A stretch of DNA of 63,972 nucleotides, counting the filler, from Circinaria calcarea (lineage: Eukaryota): NCBI GenBank assembly GCA_051942165.1. It is 5 parts of 5 records of this genome, joined end to end, with 100 filler letters (N's around TTAATTAATTAA, not from the genome) between each part and the next. Parts side by side here need not be neighbours in the genome. Positions count along the whole stretch, not along the records: positions 38,468 to 51,171 come from JAVECS010000547.1; 4 more parts are not named here. One strand, 5' to 3'. The number at the start of each line of letters is the position of its first letter. The first letter of the stretch is position 1. Both the position numbers and the translations under genes were made by a program. The notes under the pieces were generated by a model that was given only the letters and a program-made list of their open reading frames with translations, did not search any database and was not told where the DNA came from. Positions 38,468-48,763 of the stretch are shown piece by piece.

Positions 38468-41400
38468 ACTGCGGATAGCTTCTTCAGAATTTTGAATGGT
38501 CCAATTTTCTTGAAGTCCAGTTTATCGCTTGGTCGTGTTGTTTTGATGTTTCTCCTAAGTAGGTATACTTTACCCCCCTCTTTTAGATCGGGTCCACTCC
38601 CGTGGGTCTTGTTGTAATAGATTGCTGATCTTGCACCTAGGAAAGCAATGTCCTGGCTCAATTCTTTGTGGAGGAACTGTATTTTCTCAACTTTCATGTT
38701 GGCTTGTTGCGCAATTGCTAGCACTTCTCTTGGTTCCTTCTGTATCGTTGGGTGATACCCATAGTTGGCAAAGAATGGCGATGTTTTGATCGTCTCTGAT
38801 TCAGCGCTATTGTATGCAAACTGTGCAATGGGAAGTAACGTTACCCAATTGGTTTGCTGATAATCGACATAGCAGCGTAGATACTGCTCCAGCGTCTGGT
38901 TAAGTCTTTCTGTCTGGCCATCAGTCTGTGGATGATAAGCTGTCGATAGCTTATGCTTCACCCCTAGTTGTGCAACTAGTGACTGCCAAAACTTCGATGT
39001 GAGTAGTTTGTCTCTGTCAGACACGAACTCGTCGGGTAACCCGTGGTTACTAACTATCACTCGCAGGACATTGTATGCCAAGTCCTCTGCGGAGGATGCC
39101 TCCAAGTATGGTAGGAAATATCCATACTTTGTGAGCCTATCCGTAATGACCAGAATCGAGTCATATACGATGTCTGTCATTGGTTCTTTTGACGCTGGCA
39201 ACTTAACGATCCAATCCATAGCCACTGAACCCCACGCACGATCCGGTGCCTTGGGTGATTTCAACTCCCCGTGTGGTTTGTGTCTTGCGGACTTCGTTTT
39301 GTTGCACACGTCGCAGCGAGATATGTATTTCTCGATATACCTGCGCATCCCTGGGAAGTAGTACGTCCTTGACAACTTCTCCAGTGTTCTTGCAACACCT
39401 TGGTGACCACTGATCTTAGCATCATGATAGTCCTCGACTATCTGCTTTCTGAGGGAGACTGGGATGTACACTAGGTTTTGGAAAACTAGTAATCCGTTTC
39501 GTATTTCGAAGTTCTCGTTCTTAGGTGTCTTCTCGATCATTTCCTTTGCAATGGGGTCATCCTGGTTTGCCTTCCTGATCCGTTCCTCAAAGTTGTCATT
39601 CTCGATCTGCATGGTTGCTGCCAATTGTGGGCGATTGTAAACCAATGCCTGCTGATCTTCTGCGAATATTGCATGTGAAACCTGTTTTTTATTTTCAAGG
39701 TAATCTGGCCTTCTACTCAGCGCATCGGCTTGAGTGTTTTCCGATCCTTTCCGGTAAGTGATCCGGAAGTTGTATCTTGACAAGGTCTCGGCCCATCGAA
39801 CCTGTCGCCTGTTCAATACCTTCGTGGTAGTGAAGTATAGCAAGTTTTTATGGTCAGTGAGTACCTTGACCTCATGTTTGGGTCCTTCCCGGTAAACTCT
39901 CCATTCTTCGAATGCTGCCACAACTGCTAACAGTTCTTTGTCGTGGATATCGTAGTTCAACTCGGCTGGGGATAGCTTTCTTGAATAGAATGCTACGGGG
40001 TGTAACCTCCCCTTCTCGTCCGCCTGACTAATCCGGGCTCCTATCGCATAGTCGGAGGAGTCGGTTTCCACGGTGATCTCTTTTTCTGGATCAAATTCAT
40101 AGAGTACGGGTTTTGCGGCGAACTTCTGCTTGAGTCCATCGAACACTTTTTGTTCCGTCTCTGCCCAGCGGAAGGTATAACCCTTTTTGGTCATATTCGT
40201 AAGCGGCGTTGCTTCCTTCGAATATCCGCTGATGTATCGTCGATAGAAATTGGCTAACCCTAAGAAGGATTGCACATCTTTGACGTTTGCTGGTGTCGGC
40301 CATTCCATGATTGCTGCGATCTTGGATGGATCCATTTCTATCTTTCCTGGTGTGATGATATGTCCTAGAAACTCAACTCGCTGAGAGTGAAACACACATT
40401 TCTCTAGCTTTACCTTGAGGTTCGCTCCTTCCAACTTCTCCAGGACAGAAGTGACGTGCCTGACGTGTTCTTCTTCTGTATCCGAGAAGATGAAGATATC
40501 ATCCAGGTAAGCAACCACAAACATATCCAGATACTCATGTAGTATCTCGTTCACTAACGCTTGGAATGTTGCGGGTGCATTCGTGAGTCCGAACGGCATG
40601 ACCATGTACTCGTAATGGCCATAACGGGTTCTGAACGCCGTTTTCCATTCCTCACCGTCTTTCATTCGTATCAAGTTGTAAGCTCCCAAGAGATCCAACT
40701 TGGTGAACCACTTCTTGCCCAATAATCGATCAACCAGCTCCGATATGAGTGGTAGTGCATATCGATTCTTGATGGTGATTTGATTCAGCTGTCGATAATC
40801 CACGCACAGTCTGAGTTTACCATCTTTCTTCGGGACGAACAGGATTGGGTAACCTGCTGGTGAGACTGAGGGTCGTATGTATCCCTTCTTCAAGTTCTCA
40901 TCCAGGTACTCCTTGAGTACTTCAAGTTCTTTTGCTGACAAGGCGTAAATAGGTCCATAGGTTGGTTTGGTACCTTCTTCCAAGGGTATTTCGTGATCCC
41001 AAGGTTTATGCTCTGGCAGAGCATTTGCTGTTTTGTCTTCTTCGAACAGTTTTGCGAACCGTTTGTATTGTTCTGGCGGTGAGAGTCCCTCTGTGGTTCT
41101 TACACACGCGTCCAGTTTGCACCATAAGCTGCGAATCGTCGCTTTCTTGCTTCTTCGGCTTAGTTGGCTGCGGTCAACTTCTTCGTAACTGCTCTGCATT
41201 CTTCCGAACTGCAGGCGGCCGGTATTCCAATCGATTTGCGGGTTCTGCTGTCTCAACCACGACATTCCCAAGATTACTTGGTGCTCACCCATTTCTGCAA
41301 TATCGAACTTGATCTTTTCTTGGTGCGTACCAATATTCATTGATACTTGGTGGGTTTCCTGGTGTACGCCGTGCTCGGCTGCATTGACCATGGTCCCGTT

Positions 41401-41631
41401 GATGGCTTCCAACTGGTAAGGATGCTCTTTTTCTTTAGTTGGGATTCGGTGACTTCTTGCACACTGCGGCGACATGTAGCTACCATTCGCTCCTGAGTCA
41501 ATCATTGCTTCGACGACTCTTCCATCAACCTTGATCATAATTTTGATCTGATCTGCTAGTGCCGTCGCACATAGAGACTTCTTTTGGCAAGCCTCCTCCC
41601 GTCTCTGTGGAGAGGTGCCGGTTAGTTTTTT
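38468..41631 (-). CDS. pol: Pol of copy A (PR-RT-RNaseH-IN), via -1 frameshift, 3'-truncated
   Basis: AMIDSGA protease, VAYLDDI RT, ETDSSDYAIG RNase H, HHCC and DDE integrase (MDWI, SDRD, QTDGQTER). Reads WRVYREG (CGG at 39889-39891) where copy B has WRVYLEG. Confidence 0.95.
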
Positions 41632-43427
41632 GAACCTGAACTCCCGGAGTCCCTGGCAAACTGGAATCTGGCCGGATTCACTGCCATTCTGGGATGCTCC
41701 TGTGGATCCTGTTTGCGGTAGAGGATCTTCAGACCTCTCACACGCTCTCGGAGTTCGTGAGAGATATAGCCATTGTTAGGCGTTACATATCCTCCGTTCC
41801 TGGTAAATCTGCTTCCTGGCGGAACAACTTCTTGTATGATGCCATAGAAACTGGTGCTAGGGGCTTCGCCTCTAGTTTCTGGAGTGAATCGGACGGTTTT
41901 GAGCTGATCAACTCTTTGCTTGAGTCGAGAAAACTGCTCAATTAAGTTCTTAATCCCTTCCGTCGCAGATTCAATCTCTTCGGTCAAGCTCTTTTCCTCG
42001 GCTTGAGACTGCTGCAAGTGGGTTTGTTCTAGTGCCTCGATCGTTTCTTCGTCGAGTGTATCTTCCTCGGAAGATTCCTCCTCAGAGGTTTCTGACTCCT
42101 CTTGCGCATTGGATGGTCCCTGTTGACCGTAGTCGACTTGCTTCCCTTTCCCAACTATTCGAGTGGCGCACAGAGACTGGGTCCGTCGTGGCTCCTTCGG
42201 CCACCATCCTGATCCCCGTTTCTCGCTCTCATGAGTGAAACAATTGTCATTGTAACACCATGTCCAGGAGCTTCCGTCATCACACGATGGTTTCGGTTCC
42301 GCTCCTGATTTCATTGTTGCGCCTAGTTGAGGGTACCATCCCGATCCTTTTTTCTCGGATAGGTGTACGTCACATGCATCTTCGTAGCATGTGGTCCAGG
42401 ACGTCGCTGCGTGATTACTGATAGCATTGGTAGCATTCAGTTGTGGCTTTCGCACAGTTTTGGTTGCGTTGAATTGCTTTTTCTGGCGGCAATTCCTAGC
42501 CTGATGTCCGGGCTTGTTACAATTAAAGCAAAGCTTCTTTGCTCTCTGCACGGCCTGGGAATCGCTCTTCCTGAACGGGCGTCGTGCCTGCATTGCATCA
42601 ATCTCCATGGGTTGTGGGCCATAGTACGTTTTTGTGATATTTTTTTGTTTCTTTGATGCGTACACCACTTCTCCGTGGTTGTTCTTCTTTTCCAATCGTC
42701 GTTCGAACTGGCGATTGTCGATTCTGATCGCAGCGGCAATCATGCCCTGCAAGTCATCTGGTCGATCGCCTCTGGCGATATCATCTTTGACCGCGTCCTT
42801 CAGTCCTCGGTAGAACTGGTTGGTCAGTGCTGCATCATCCCAATTGGTTCGGGATGCTAGCTGTTGGAAATCGGCTGCGTAGGCTGAGGCGGGTCCCTTT
42901 TGGACGAGCGCGCCTATCTGTCTTTCCGCAGTCCGTTCTTCATCAATGTCTCCGTACACCTGCTGTATTCTTTCCTTGAACACATCAAAATCCTTGAACA
43001 CTTCCTTAGTCTCATTGTCCTGAGTGCGTTCTGAATTGTTCAGTCGATCTTTGAGGGTAGGTTCGAACCATTCGAACGCAGTGTCCCTGAGATAGGTGGA
43101 CGCGAAGAATACCTTGCTTTCTTCGGTCTCGAAGTGTGCTTGATGGGTGTGGATCCACAGATCCAACTGAGTTACGAAGCTCTTGAGCTTCTTGCGATCT
43201 CCATGGAACGTCTGAGGTTCCTTGACTTTCATGTCCTTAGCTTTGCGGGCGGAGTCATACTTCTCTTTGATTTCGTTACACTCCCCCTGGAGGGTGACAT
43301 TCTGTTGGGATAATACCAACACCTGAGCCTGGAGTCCTTCGATCAGTTCTCTCAGCTGCATCGCTGTGTTCTGACCGGAACCACCTGCCACTGACGGAGT
43401 GGGGCTGGTTACTGGGTTCGGTGCCAT
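41622..43427 (-). CDS. gag: Gag of copy A (601 aa)
   Basis: Retrotrans_gag-like capsid region, PQPMEID, CCHC knuckle CFNCNKPGHQARNC, and two SWTxCYxDxCxxH modules. Confidence 0.93.
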   Translation of the reverse strand: MAPNPVTSPTPSVAGGSGQNTAMQLRELIEGLQAQVLVLSQQNVTLQGECNEIKEKYDSARKAKDMKVKEPQTFHGDRKKLKSFVTQLDLWIHTHQAHFETEESKVFFASTYLRDTAFEWFEPTLKDRLNNSERTQDNETKEVFKDFDVFKERIQQVYGDIDEERTAERQIGALVQKGPASAYAADFQQLASRTNWDDAALTNQFYRGLKDAVKDDIARGDRPDDLQGMIAAAIRIDNRQFERRLEKKNNHGEVVYASKKQKNITKTYYGPQPMEIDAMQARRPFRKSDSQAVQRAKKLCFNCNKPGHQARNCRQKKQFNATKTVRKPQLNATNAISNHAATSWTTCYEDACDVHLSEKKGSGWYPQLGATMKSGAEPKPSCDDGSSWTWCYNDNCFTHESEKRGSGWWPKEPRRTQSLCATRIVGKGKQVDYGQQGPSNAQEESETSEEESSEEDTLDEETIEALEQTHLQQSQAEEKSLTEEIESATEGIKNLIEQFSRLKQRVDQLKTVRFTPETRGEAPSTSFYGIIQEVVPPGSRFTRNGGYVTPNNGYISHELRERVRGLKILYRKQDPQEHPRMAVNPARFQFARDSGSSGSKN

Positions 43428-43541
43428 ATCTTTCGACAGAGTCGGTGCCTCGTAGGGTAGCGGTGGTCAACGTGTTACGTCCCTAAGCTTCTTAGGCAAA
43501 GGCAATGCTAGTCACTGGTATAAGGCAGGGGACGTAACACG

Positions 43542-43549
43542 TTGACCAC
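43542..43549 (+). promoter_or_regulatory. Primer-binding site, probably self-priming (TTGACCAC); mirrored for copy A at 43463-43470
   Basis: Separated from the LTR end by 2 nt and complementary to GTGGTCAA (49483-49490), about 32 nt downstream of the LTR TATA box. Confidence 0.65.
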
Positions 43550-43583
43550 CCGACCCTACGAGGCACCGACTCGGTCGAGAGAT

Positions 43584-45257
43584 ATGGCACCGAATCCAGT
43601 AACCAGCCCCACTCCGTCAGTGGCGGGCGGTTCCGGTCAGAATACAGCAATGCAGCTGAGGGAACTGATCGAAGGACTCCAGGCTCAGGTGTTGGTGTTA
43701 TCCCAACAGAATGTCACCCTCCAGGGGGAGTGCAACGAAATCAAAGAAAAGTATGACTCCGCCCGCAAAGCAAAAGACATGAAAGTCAAGGAACCTCAGA
43801 CGTTCCATGGAGATCGCAAGAAGCTCAAGAGCTTCGTGACTCAGTTGGATTTGTGGATCCACACCCATCAAGCGCACTTCGAGACCGAAGAAAGCAAGGT
43901 TTTCTTCGCGTCCACCTATCTCAGGGACACTGCGTTCGAGTGGTTTGAACCCACTCTCAAAGATCGACTGAATAATTCAGAACGCACCCAGGACAACGAG
44001 ACCAAGGAAGTGTTCAAGGATTTTGATGTGTTCAAGGAAAGAATACAGCAGGTGTACGGAGACATCGATGAAGAACGGACTGCCGAGAGACAAATAGGCG
44101 CGCTCGTCCAAAAGGGACCTGCCTCCGCCTATGCAGCCGATTTCCAACAGCTAGCATCCCGAACCAATTGGGATGATGCAGCACTGACAAACCAGTTCTA
44201 TCGAGGACTGAAGGATGCAGTCAAAGACGATATCGCCAGAGGCGATCGACCAGACGACTTGCAGGGCATGATCGCCGCTGCGATCAGGATCGACAATCGC
44301 CAGTTCGAACGACGATTGGAAAAGAAAAACAACCACGGAGAAGTGGTATATGCATCAAAGAAACAGAAAAATACCGCGAAAACGTACTATGGCCCACAAC
44401 CCATGGAGATTGATGCAATGCAGGCGCGAAGGCCTTTTGTCAAACGAAAGTCGCAGGCTGCTCAGCGAGCAAACAGACTATGTTTCAACTGCAACAAACC
44501 AGGACATCAGGCTAGGAATTGTCGGCAGCCAAAACAATTCAACGCTACGAAAACAGTGCGGAGGCCCCAGCTGAACGCAGCACAACCTAGGGACGATCAC
44601 GCAGGGATGTCATGGACAGGATGCTACCAGGACGATTGTAGCATACATCGATCCGAGAAAGACGGATCCGGATGGTTCCCCAAGCAGCCAAAAGGGCGTG
44701 CAAGCCTTTGCGCAACTCGGGTAATTGAAAAAGGGAAACAGGTTGACTACGGTCAACAAGGACCATCCAAAGCGCAAGAAGAGTTAGAAATCTCTGGGGA
44801 GGAATCTTCCGAAGAAGATACGCTCGACGAGGATACGATCGAAGCACTAGAACGAACCCACTTGCAACAGTCTCAAGCCGAAGAAAAGAGCTTGACAGAA
44901 GAGATTGAATCCGCGACGGAAGGGATTAAGAACTTGATTGAGCAGTTTTCTCGACTCAAGCAAAGAGTCGATCAGCTCAAAACCGTCCGATTCACTCCAG
45001 AAACTAGAGGCGAAGCCCCTAGCACCAGTTTCTATGGCATCATACAGGAAGTTGTGCCGCCAGGAAGCAGGTTTACCAGGAACGGAGGATACGTAACGCC
45101 TAACAATGGCTATATCTCTCACGAACTCCGAGAGCGTGTAAGAGGTCTGAAGATCCTCTACCGCAAACAGGATCCACAAGAGTATCCCAGAATGGCAGTG
45201 AATCCGGCCAGATTCCAGTTTGCCAGGGACTCAGGGAGTTCAGGTTCAAAAAACTAA
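43584..45257 (+). CDS. gag: Gag of copy B (557 aa)
   Basis: ATG at 43584 matches the copy A start (MAPNPVTSP); CCHC knuckle; one SWTGCYQDDCSIH module. Confidence 0.93.
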   Translation: MAPNPVTSPTPSVAGGSGQNTAMQLRELIEGLQAQVLVLSQQNVTLQGECNEIKEKYDSARKAKDMKVKEPQTFHGDRKKLKSFVTQLDLWIHTHQAHFETEESKVFFASTYLRDTAFEWFEPTLKDRLNNSERTQDNETKEVFKDFDVFKERIQQVYGDIDEERTAERQIGALVQKGPASAYAADFQQLASRTNWDDAALTNQFYRGLKDAVKDDIARGDRPDDLQGMIAAAIRIDNRQFERRLEKKNNHGEVVYASKKQKNTAKTYYGPQPMEIDAMQARRPFVKRKSQAAQRANRLCFNCNKPGHQARNCRQPKQFNATKTVRRPQLNAAQPRDDHAGMSWTGCYQDDCSIHRSEKDGSGWFPKQPKGRASLCATRVIEKGKQVDYGQQGPSKAQEELEISGEESSEEDTLDEDTIEALERTHLQQSQAEEKSLTEEIESATEGIKNLIEQFSRLKQRVDQLKTVRFTPETRGEAPSTSFYGIIQEVVPPGSRFTRNGGYVTPNNGYISHELRERVRGLKILYRKQDPQEYPRMAVNPARFQFARDSGSSGSKN

Positions 45258-48200
45258 CAGGCACCTCTCCAAAGAGACAGGAGGAGGCTTGCCAAAAGAA
45301 GTCTCTATGTGCGACGGCACTAACAGATCAGATCAAAATTATGATCAAGGTTGATGGAAGAGTCATTGAAGCAATGATTGACTCAGGAGCGAATGGTAGC
45401 TACATGTCGCCACAGTGTGCAAGAAGTCACAAAATCCCAACTAAAGAAAAGAAGCATCCTTACCAGTTGGAAGCCATCAACGGGACCATGGTCAATGCAG
45501 CCGAGCATGGCGTACACCAGGAAACCCACCCAGTATCAATGAAGATTGGTACGCACCAAGAAAAGATCAGTTTCGATATTGCAGAAATGGGAGAGCACCA
45601 AGTAATCTTGGGAATGTCTTGGTTGAGACGGCAGAACCCGCAAATCGATTGGAATACCGGCCGCCTGCAGTTCGGAAGAATACAGAGCAATTACGAAGAG
45701 GTCGACCGCAGTCAACTTAGCCGAAGAAGCAAAAAGACGTCGATACGCAGCTTATGGTGCAAACTGGACGCGTGTGCAAGAACCGCAGAGGGTCTCTCAC
45801 CGCCAGAACAATACAAGCAGTTCGCAAAACTGTTCGAAGAAGACAAAACAGCAAGTGCTTTACCAGAGCATAAGCCATGGGATCACGAAATTCCATTAGA
45901 AGAAGGTACCAAACCAACCTACGGACCTATTTACGCCTTGTCAGCAAAAGAGTTAGAAGTACTCAAAGAATACCTGGACGAGAACCTAAAAAAGGGATAT
46001 ATACGACCCTCGGTCTCACCAGCAGGATACCCGATCCTATTCGTCCCGAAGAAGAATGGTAAGCTCAGACTGTGCGTGGACTATCGACAGCTGAATCAGA
46101 TCACCATTAAAAATCGATACGCATTGCCACTCATATCGGAGTTGGTTGATCGATTACTGGGCAAGAAGTGGTTCACTAAGTTAGATCTCTTAGGGGCTTA
46201 CAACTTGATACGAATGAAAGACGGCGAAGAATGGAAAACGGCGTTCAGGACCCGTTACGGCCATTACGAATATATGGTCATGCCATTCGGACTTACAAAT
46301 GCACCAGCAACATTCCAAGCGTTAGTGAACGAGATACTACATGAGTATCTGGATTTGTTTGTGGTTGCTTACCTAGATGATATCTTCATCTTCTCAGATA
46401 CAGAGGAGGAACACGTCAGGCACGTCACTTCCGTCCTGGAGAAGCTGGAGGAAGCCAAACTCAAGGTACAGCTAGAGAAGTGTGTGTTTCACTCTCAGCG
46501 GGTCGAGTTTGTAGGGCATATCATCACACCTGGAAAGATAGAGATGGACCCATCCAAAGTCGTAGCCATCATGGAATGGCCCACACCAAAGAGTGTAAAG
46601 GATGTGCAATCCTTTCTGGGATTAGCCAATTTCTATCGACGATATATCAGTGGTTACTCAAAGATAGCTACACCACTGACGAACATGACCAAAAAGGGTT
46701 ATGCCTTCCGTTGGACGGAAGAAGAACAAAGAGTATTCGACGAACTCAAGCAGAAGTTCGCCGCGGAGCCAGTACTCTATGAGTTTGATCCAGAGAAAGA
46801 GATCACAGTGGAAACCGACTCCTCAGACTATGCGATAGGAGCCCGGATTAGTCAAGCGGACGAGAAAGGGAGGTTACACCCCATAGCATTCTATTCAAGG
46901 AAGCTATCTCCAGCCGAGTTGAACTATGATATCCACGACAAAGAACTGTTAGCAGTTGTGGCAGCATTCGAAGAATGGAGAGTTTACCTAGAAGGACCCA
47001 AGCATGAGGTCAAGGTACTCACTGACCATAAGAACTTGCTATACTTCACTACCACGAAAGTATTGAACAGACGACAGGTTCGATGGGCCGAAACCTTGTC
47101 AAGATATAATTTCCGGATCACTTATAGGAAGGGATCGGAAAACACTCAGGCAGACGCACTGAGTAGGAGGCCAGATTACCTTGATAACAAAAAACAAGTC
47201 TCACATGCGATATTCGCAGAAGATCAACAGGCATTGATATATAATCGCCCACAATTGGCAGCAACCATGCAGATCGAGAATGACAATTTCGAAGAACAGA
47301 TCAAGAAGGCAAACCAGGATGACCCCATTGCAAAAGAAATGATCGAGAAGACACCCGAAAACAAAAACTTCGAGGTGCGAAACGGATTACTAGTATTCCA
47401 AAACCTAGTATACATCCCAGTCTCTCTCAGAAAGCAGATAGTCGAGGACTATCACGATGCTAAAATCAGCGGTCACCAAGGTGTTGCGAGAACGCTGGAG
47501 AAGTTATCAAGAACGTACTACTTCCCAGGCATGCGAAGGTATATCGAGAAGTACATATCTCGCTGCGATGTGTGCAACAAAACGAAGTCCGCGAGACACA
47601 AACCACACGGGGAGTTGAAATCACCCAAAGCACCAGATCGTGCGTGGGGTTCAGTGGCTATGGACTGGATCGTTAAATTACCAGCATCAAAAGAACCGAT
47701 GACAGAAGTCGTATACGATTCGATTCTGGTCATCACGGATAGACTCACAAAGTACGGATATTTCCTACCATACTTGGAGGCATCCTCAGCAGAGGACTTG
47801 GCATACAATGTCCTACGAGTGATAGTTAGCAACCACGGATTACCCGACGAGTTCATGTCTGACAGAGACAAACTACTCACATCAAAGTTTTGGCAGTCAC
47901 TAGTTGCACAACTAGGGGTGAAACATAAGCTATCAACAGCTTACCATCCACAAACTGATGGCCAGACAGAAAGACTTAACCAGACGCTGGAGCAGTATCT
48001 ACGCTGCTATGTCGATTACCAGCAAACTAACTGGGTCACGTTATTGCCCATTGCACAGTTTGCGTACAATAGCGCTGAATCAGAGACGACCAAAACGTCA
48101 CCATTCTTTGCCAACTATGGGTATCATCCAACGATACAAAAGGAACCACGAGAAGTGCTAGCAATTGCACAACAAGCCAACATGAAGATTGAGAAAATCC

Positions 48201-48763
48201 AGTTCCTCCACAAAGAATTGAGCCAAGACATTGCATTCCTAAGTGCAAGATCAGCGATCTATTACAACAGGACCCACGGGAGTGGACCCGATCTAAAAGA
48301 GGGGGGTAAAGTATACCTACTTAGGAGAAACATTAAAACAACTCGCCCAAGCGACAAACTGGACTTCAAGAAAATAGGACCATTCAAAATCCTGAAGAAG
48401 ATTTCCGCGGTCAACTACAAACTAGGACTACCGGAAAAAATGAAGATCCACCCAGTGTTTCATGTTTCCTTGCTCGAAGCAGCAGACCCAGAAACCCCCA
48501 TAGATGATAACCCACCAGAGGTCGCAGCCGAATCAAAAGAAGAATTCGAGGTCGAAGACATCCTAGATGCAGGTAAGATTGGAAGAACAATGCATTATTT
48601 GGTAAAGTGGAAAGGGTGTGATACCTCCGAGAACACATGGGAACCACCCAAACACCTCAAGCATTGTTGGCCGAAGGTTGAGGAGTTCCACCGCCGGAAC
48701 CCAGAGGTCCCAAGGACTCGTCAACCAGGTCAGACCAAGGGAAAGAAGAACCAGGAACCGTGA
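45248..48763 (+). CDS. pol: Pol of copy B (PR-RT-RNaseH-IN-chromodomain), via -1 frameshift
   Basis: Slippery A AAA AAC at 45248-45254; the -1 frame is open into DSG protease, YLDD RT, RNase H, integrase, GPF motif and chromodomain EFEVEDIL...YLVKWKG...NTWEP. Confidence 0.96.
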   Translation, partial: KKLTGTSPKRQEEACQKKSLCATALTDQIKIMIKVDGRVIEAMIDSGANGSYMSPQCARSHKIPTKEKKHPYQLEAINGTMVNAAEHGVHQETHPVSMKIGTHQEKISFDIAEMGEHQVILGMSWLRRQNPQIDWNTGRLQFGRIQSNYEEVDRSQLSRRSKKTSIRSLWCKLDACARTAEGLSPPEQYKQFAKLFEEDKTASALPEHKPWDHEIPLEEGTKPTYGPIYALSAKELEVLKEYLDENLKKGYIRPSVSPAGYPILFVPKKNGKLRLCVDYRQLNQITIKNRYALPLISELVDRLLGKKWFTKLDLLGAYNLIRMKDGEEWKTAFRTRYGHYEYMVMPFGLTNAPATFQALVNEILHEYLDLFVVAYLDDIFIFSDTEEEHVRHVTSVLEKLEEAKLKVQLEKCVFHSQRVEFVGHIITPGKIEMDPSKVVAIMEWPTPKSVKDVQSFLGLANFYRRYISGYSKIATPLTNMTKKGYAFRWTEEEQRVFDELKQKFAAEPVLYEFDPEKEITVETDSSDYAIGARISQADEKGRLHPIAFYSRKLSPAELNYDIHDKELLAVVAAFEEWRVYLEGPKHEVKVLTDHKNLLYFTTTKVLNRRQVRWAETLSRYNFRITYRKGSENTQADALSRRPDYLDNKKQVSHAIFAEDQQALIYNRPQLAATMQIENDNFEEQIKKANQDDPIAKEMIEKTPENKNFEVRNGLLVFQNLVYIPVSLRKQIVEDYHDAKISGHQGVARTLEKLSRTYYFPGMRRYIEKYISRCDVCNKTKSARHKPHGELKSPKAPDRAWGSVAMDWIVKLPASKEPMTEVVYDSILVITDRLTKYGYFLPYLEASSAEDLAYNVLRVIVSNHGLPDEFMSDRDKLLTSKFWQSLVAQLGVKHKLSTAYHPQTDGQTERLNQTLEQYLRCYVDYQQTNWVTLLPIAQFAYNSAESETTKTSPFFANYGYHPTIQKEPREVLAIAQQANMKIEKIQFLHKELSQDIAFLSARSAIYYNRTHGSGPDLKEGGKVYLLRRNIKTTRPSDKLDFKKIGPFKILKKISAVNYKLGLPEKMKIHPVFHVSLLEAADPETPIDDNPPEVAAESKEEFEVEDILDAGKIGRTMHYLVKWKGCDTSENTWEPPKHLKHCWPKVEEFHRRNPEVPRTRQPGQTKGKKNQEP

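Larger units (their letters stand above)
38468..43531 (-). mobile_element. Ty3/gypsy LTR retrotransposon copy A; 3' end cut by contig end, 5' LTR reduced to its last 59 bp
   Basis: gag and pol are on the minus strand. 43473-43531 is the exact reverse complement of LTR positions 49576-49634. Confidence 0.95.

Noticed and set aside
43542..43583. TTG-initiated N-terminal extension of copy B Gag
   Set aside because: It overlaps the PBS/leader and is not preserved in frame in copy A; ATG 43584 matches the copy A start.
38468..48410. Palindrome as a pure fold-back artefact of one element
   Set aside because: The arms differ by many mostly synonymous substitutions and by a Gag module, so they are distinct copies. 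The junction itself still needs read support.
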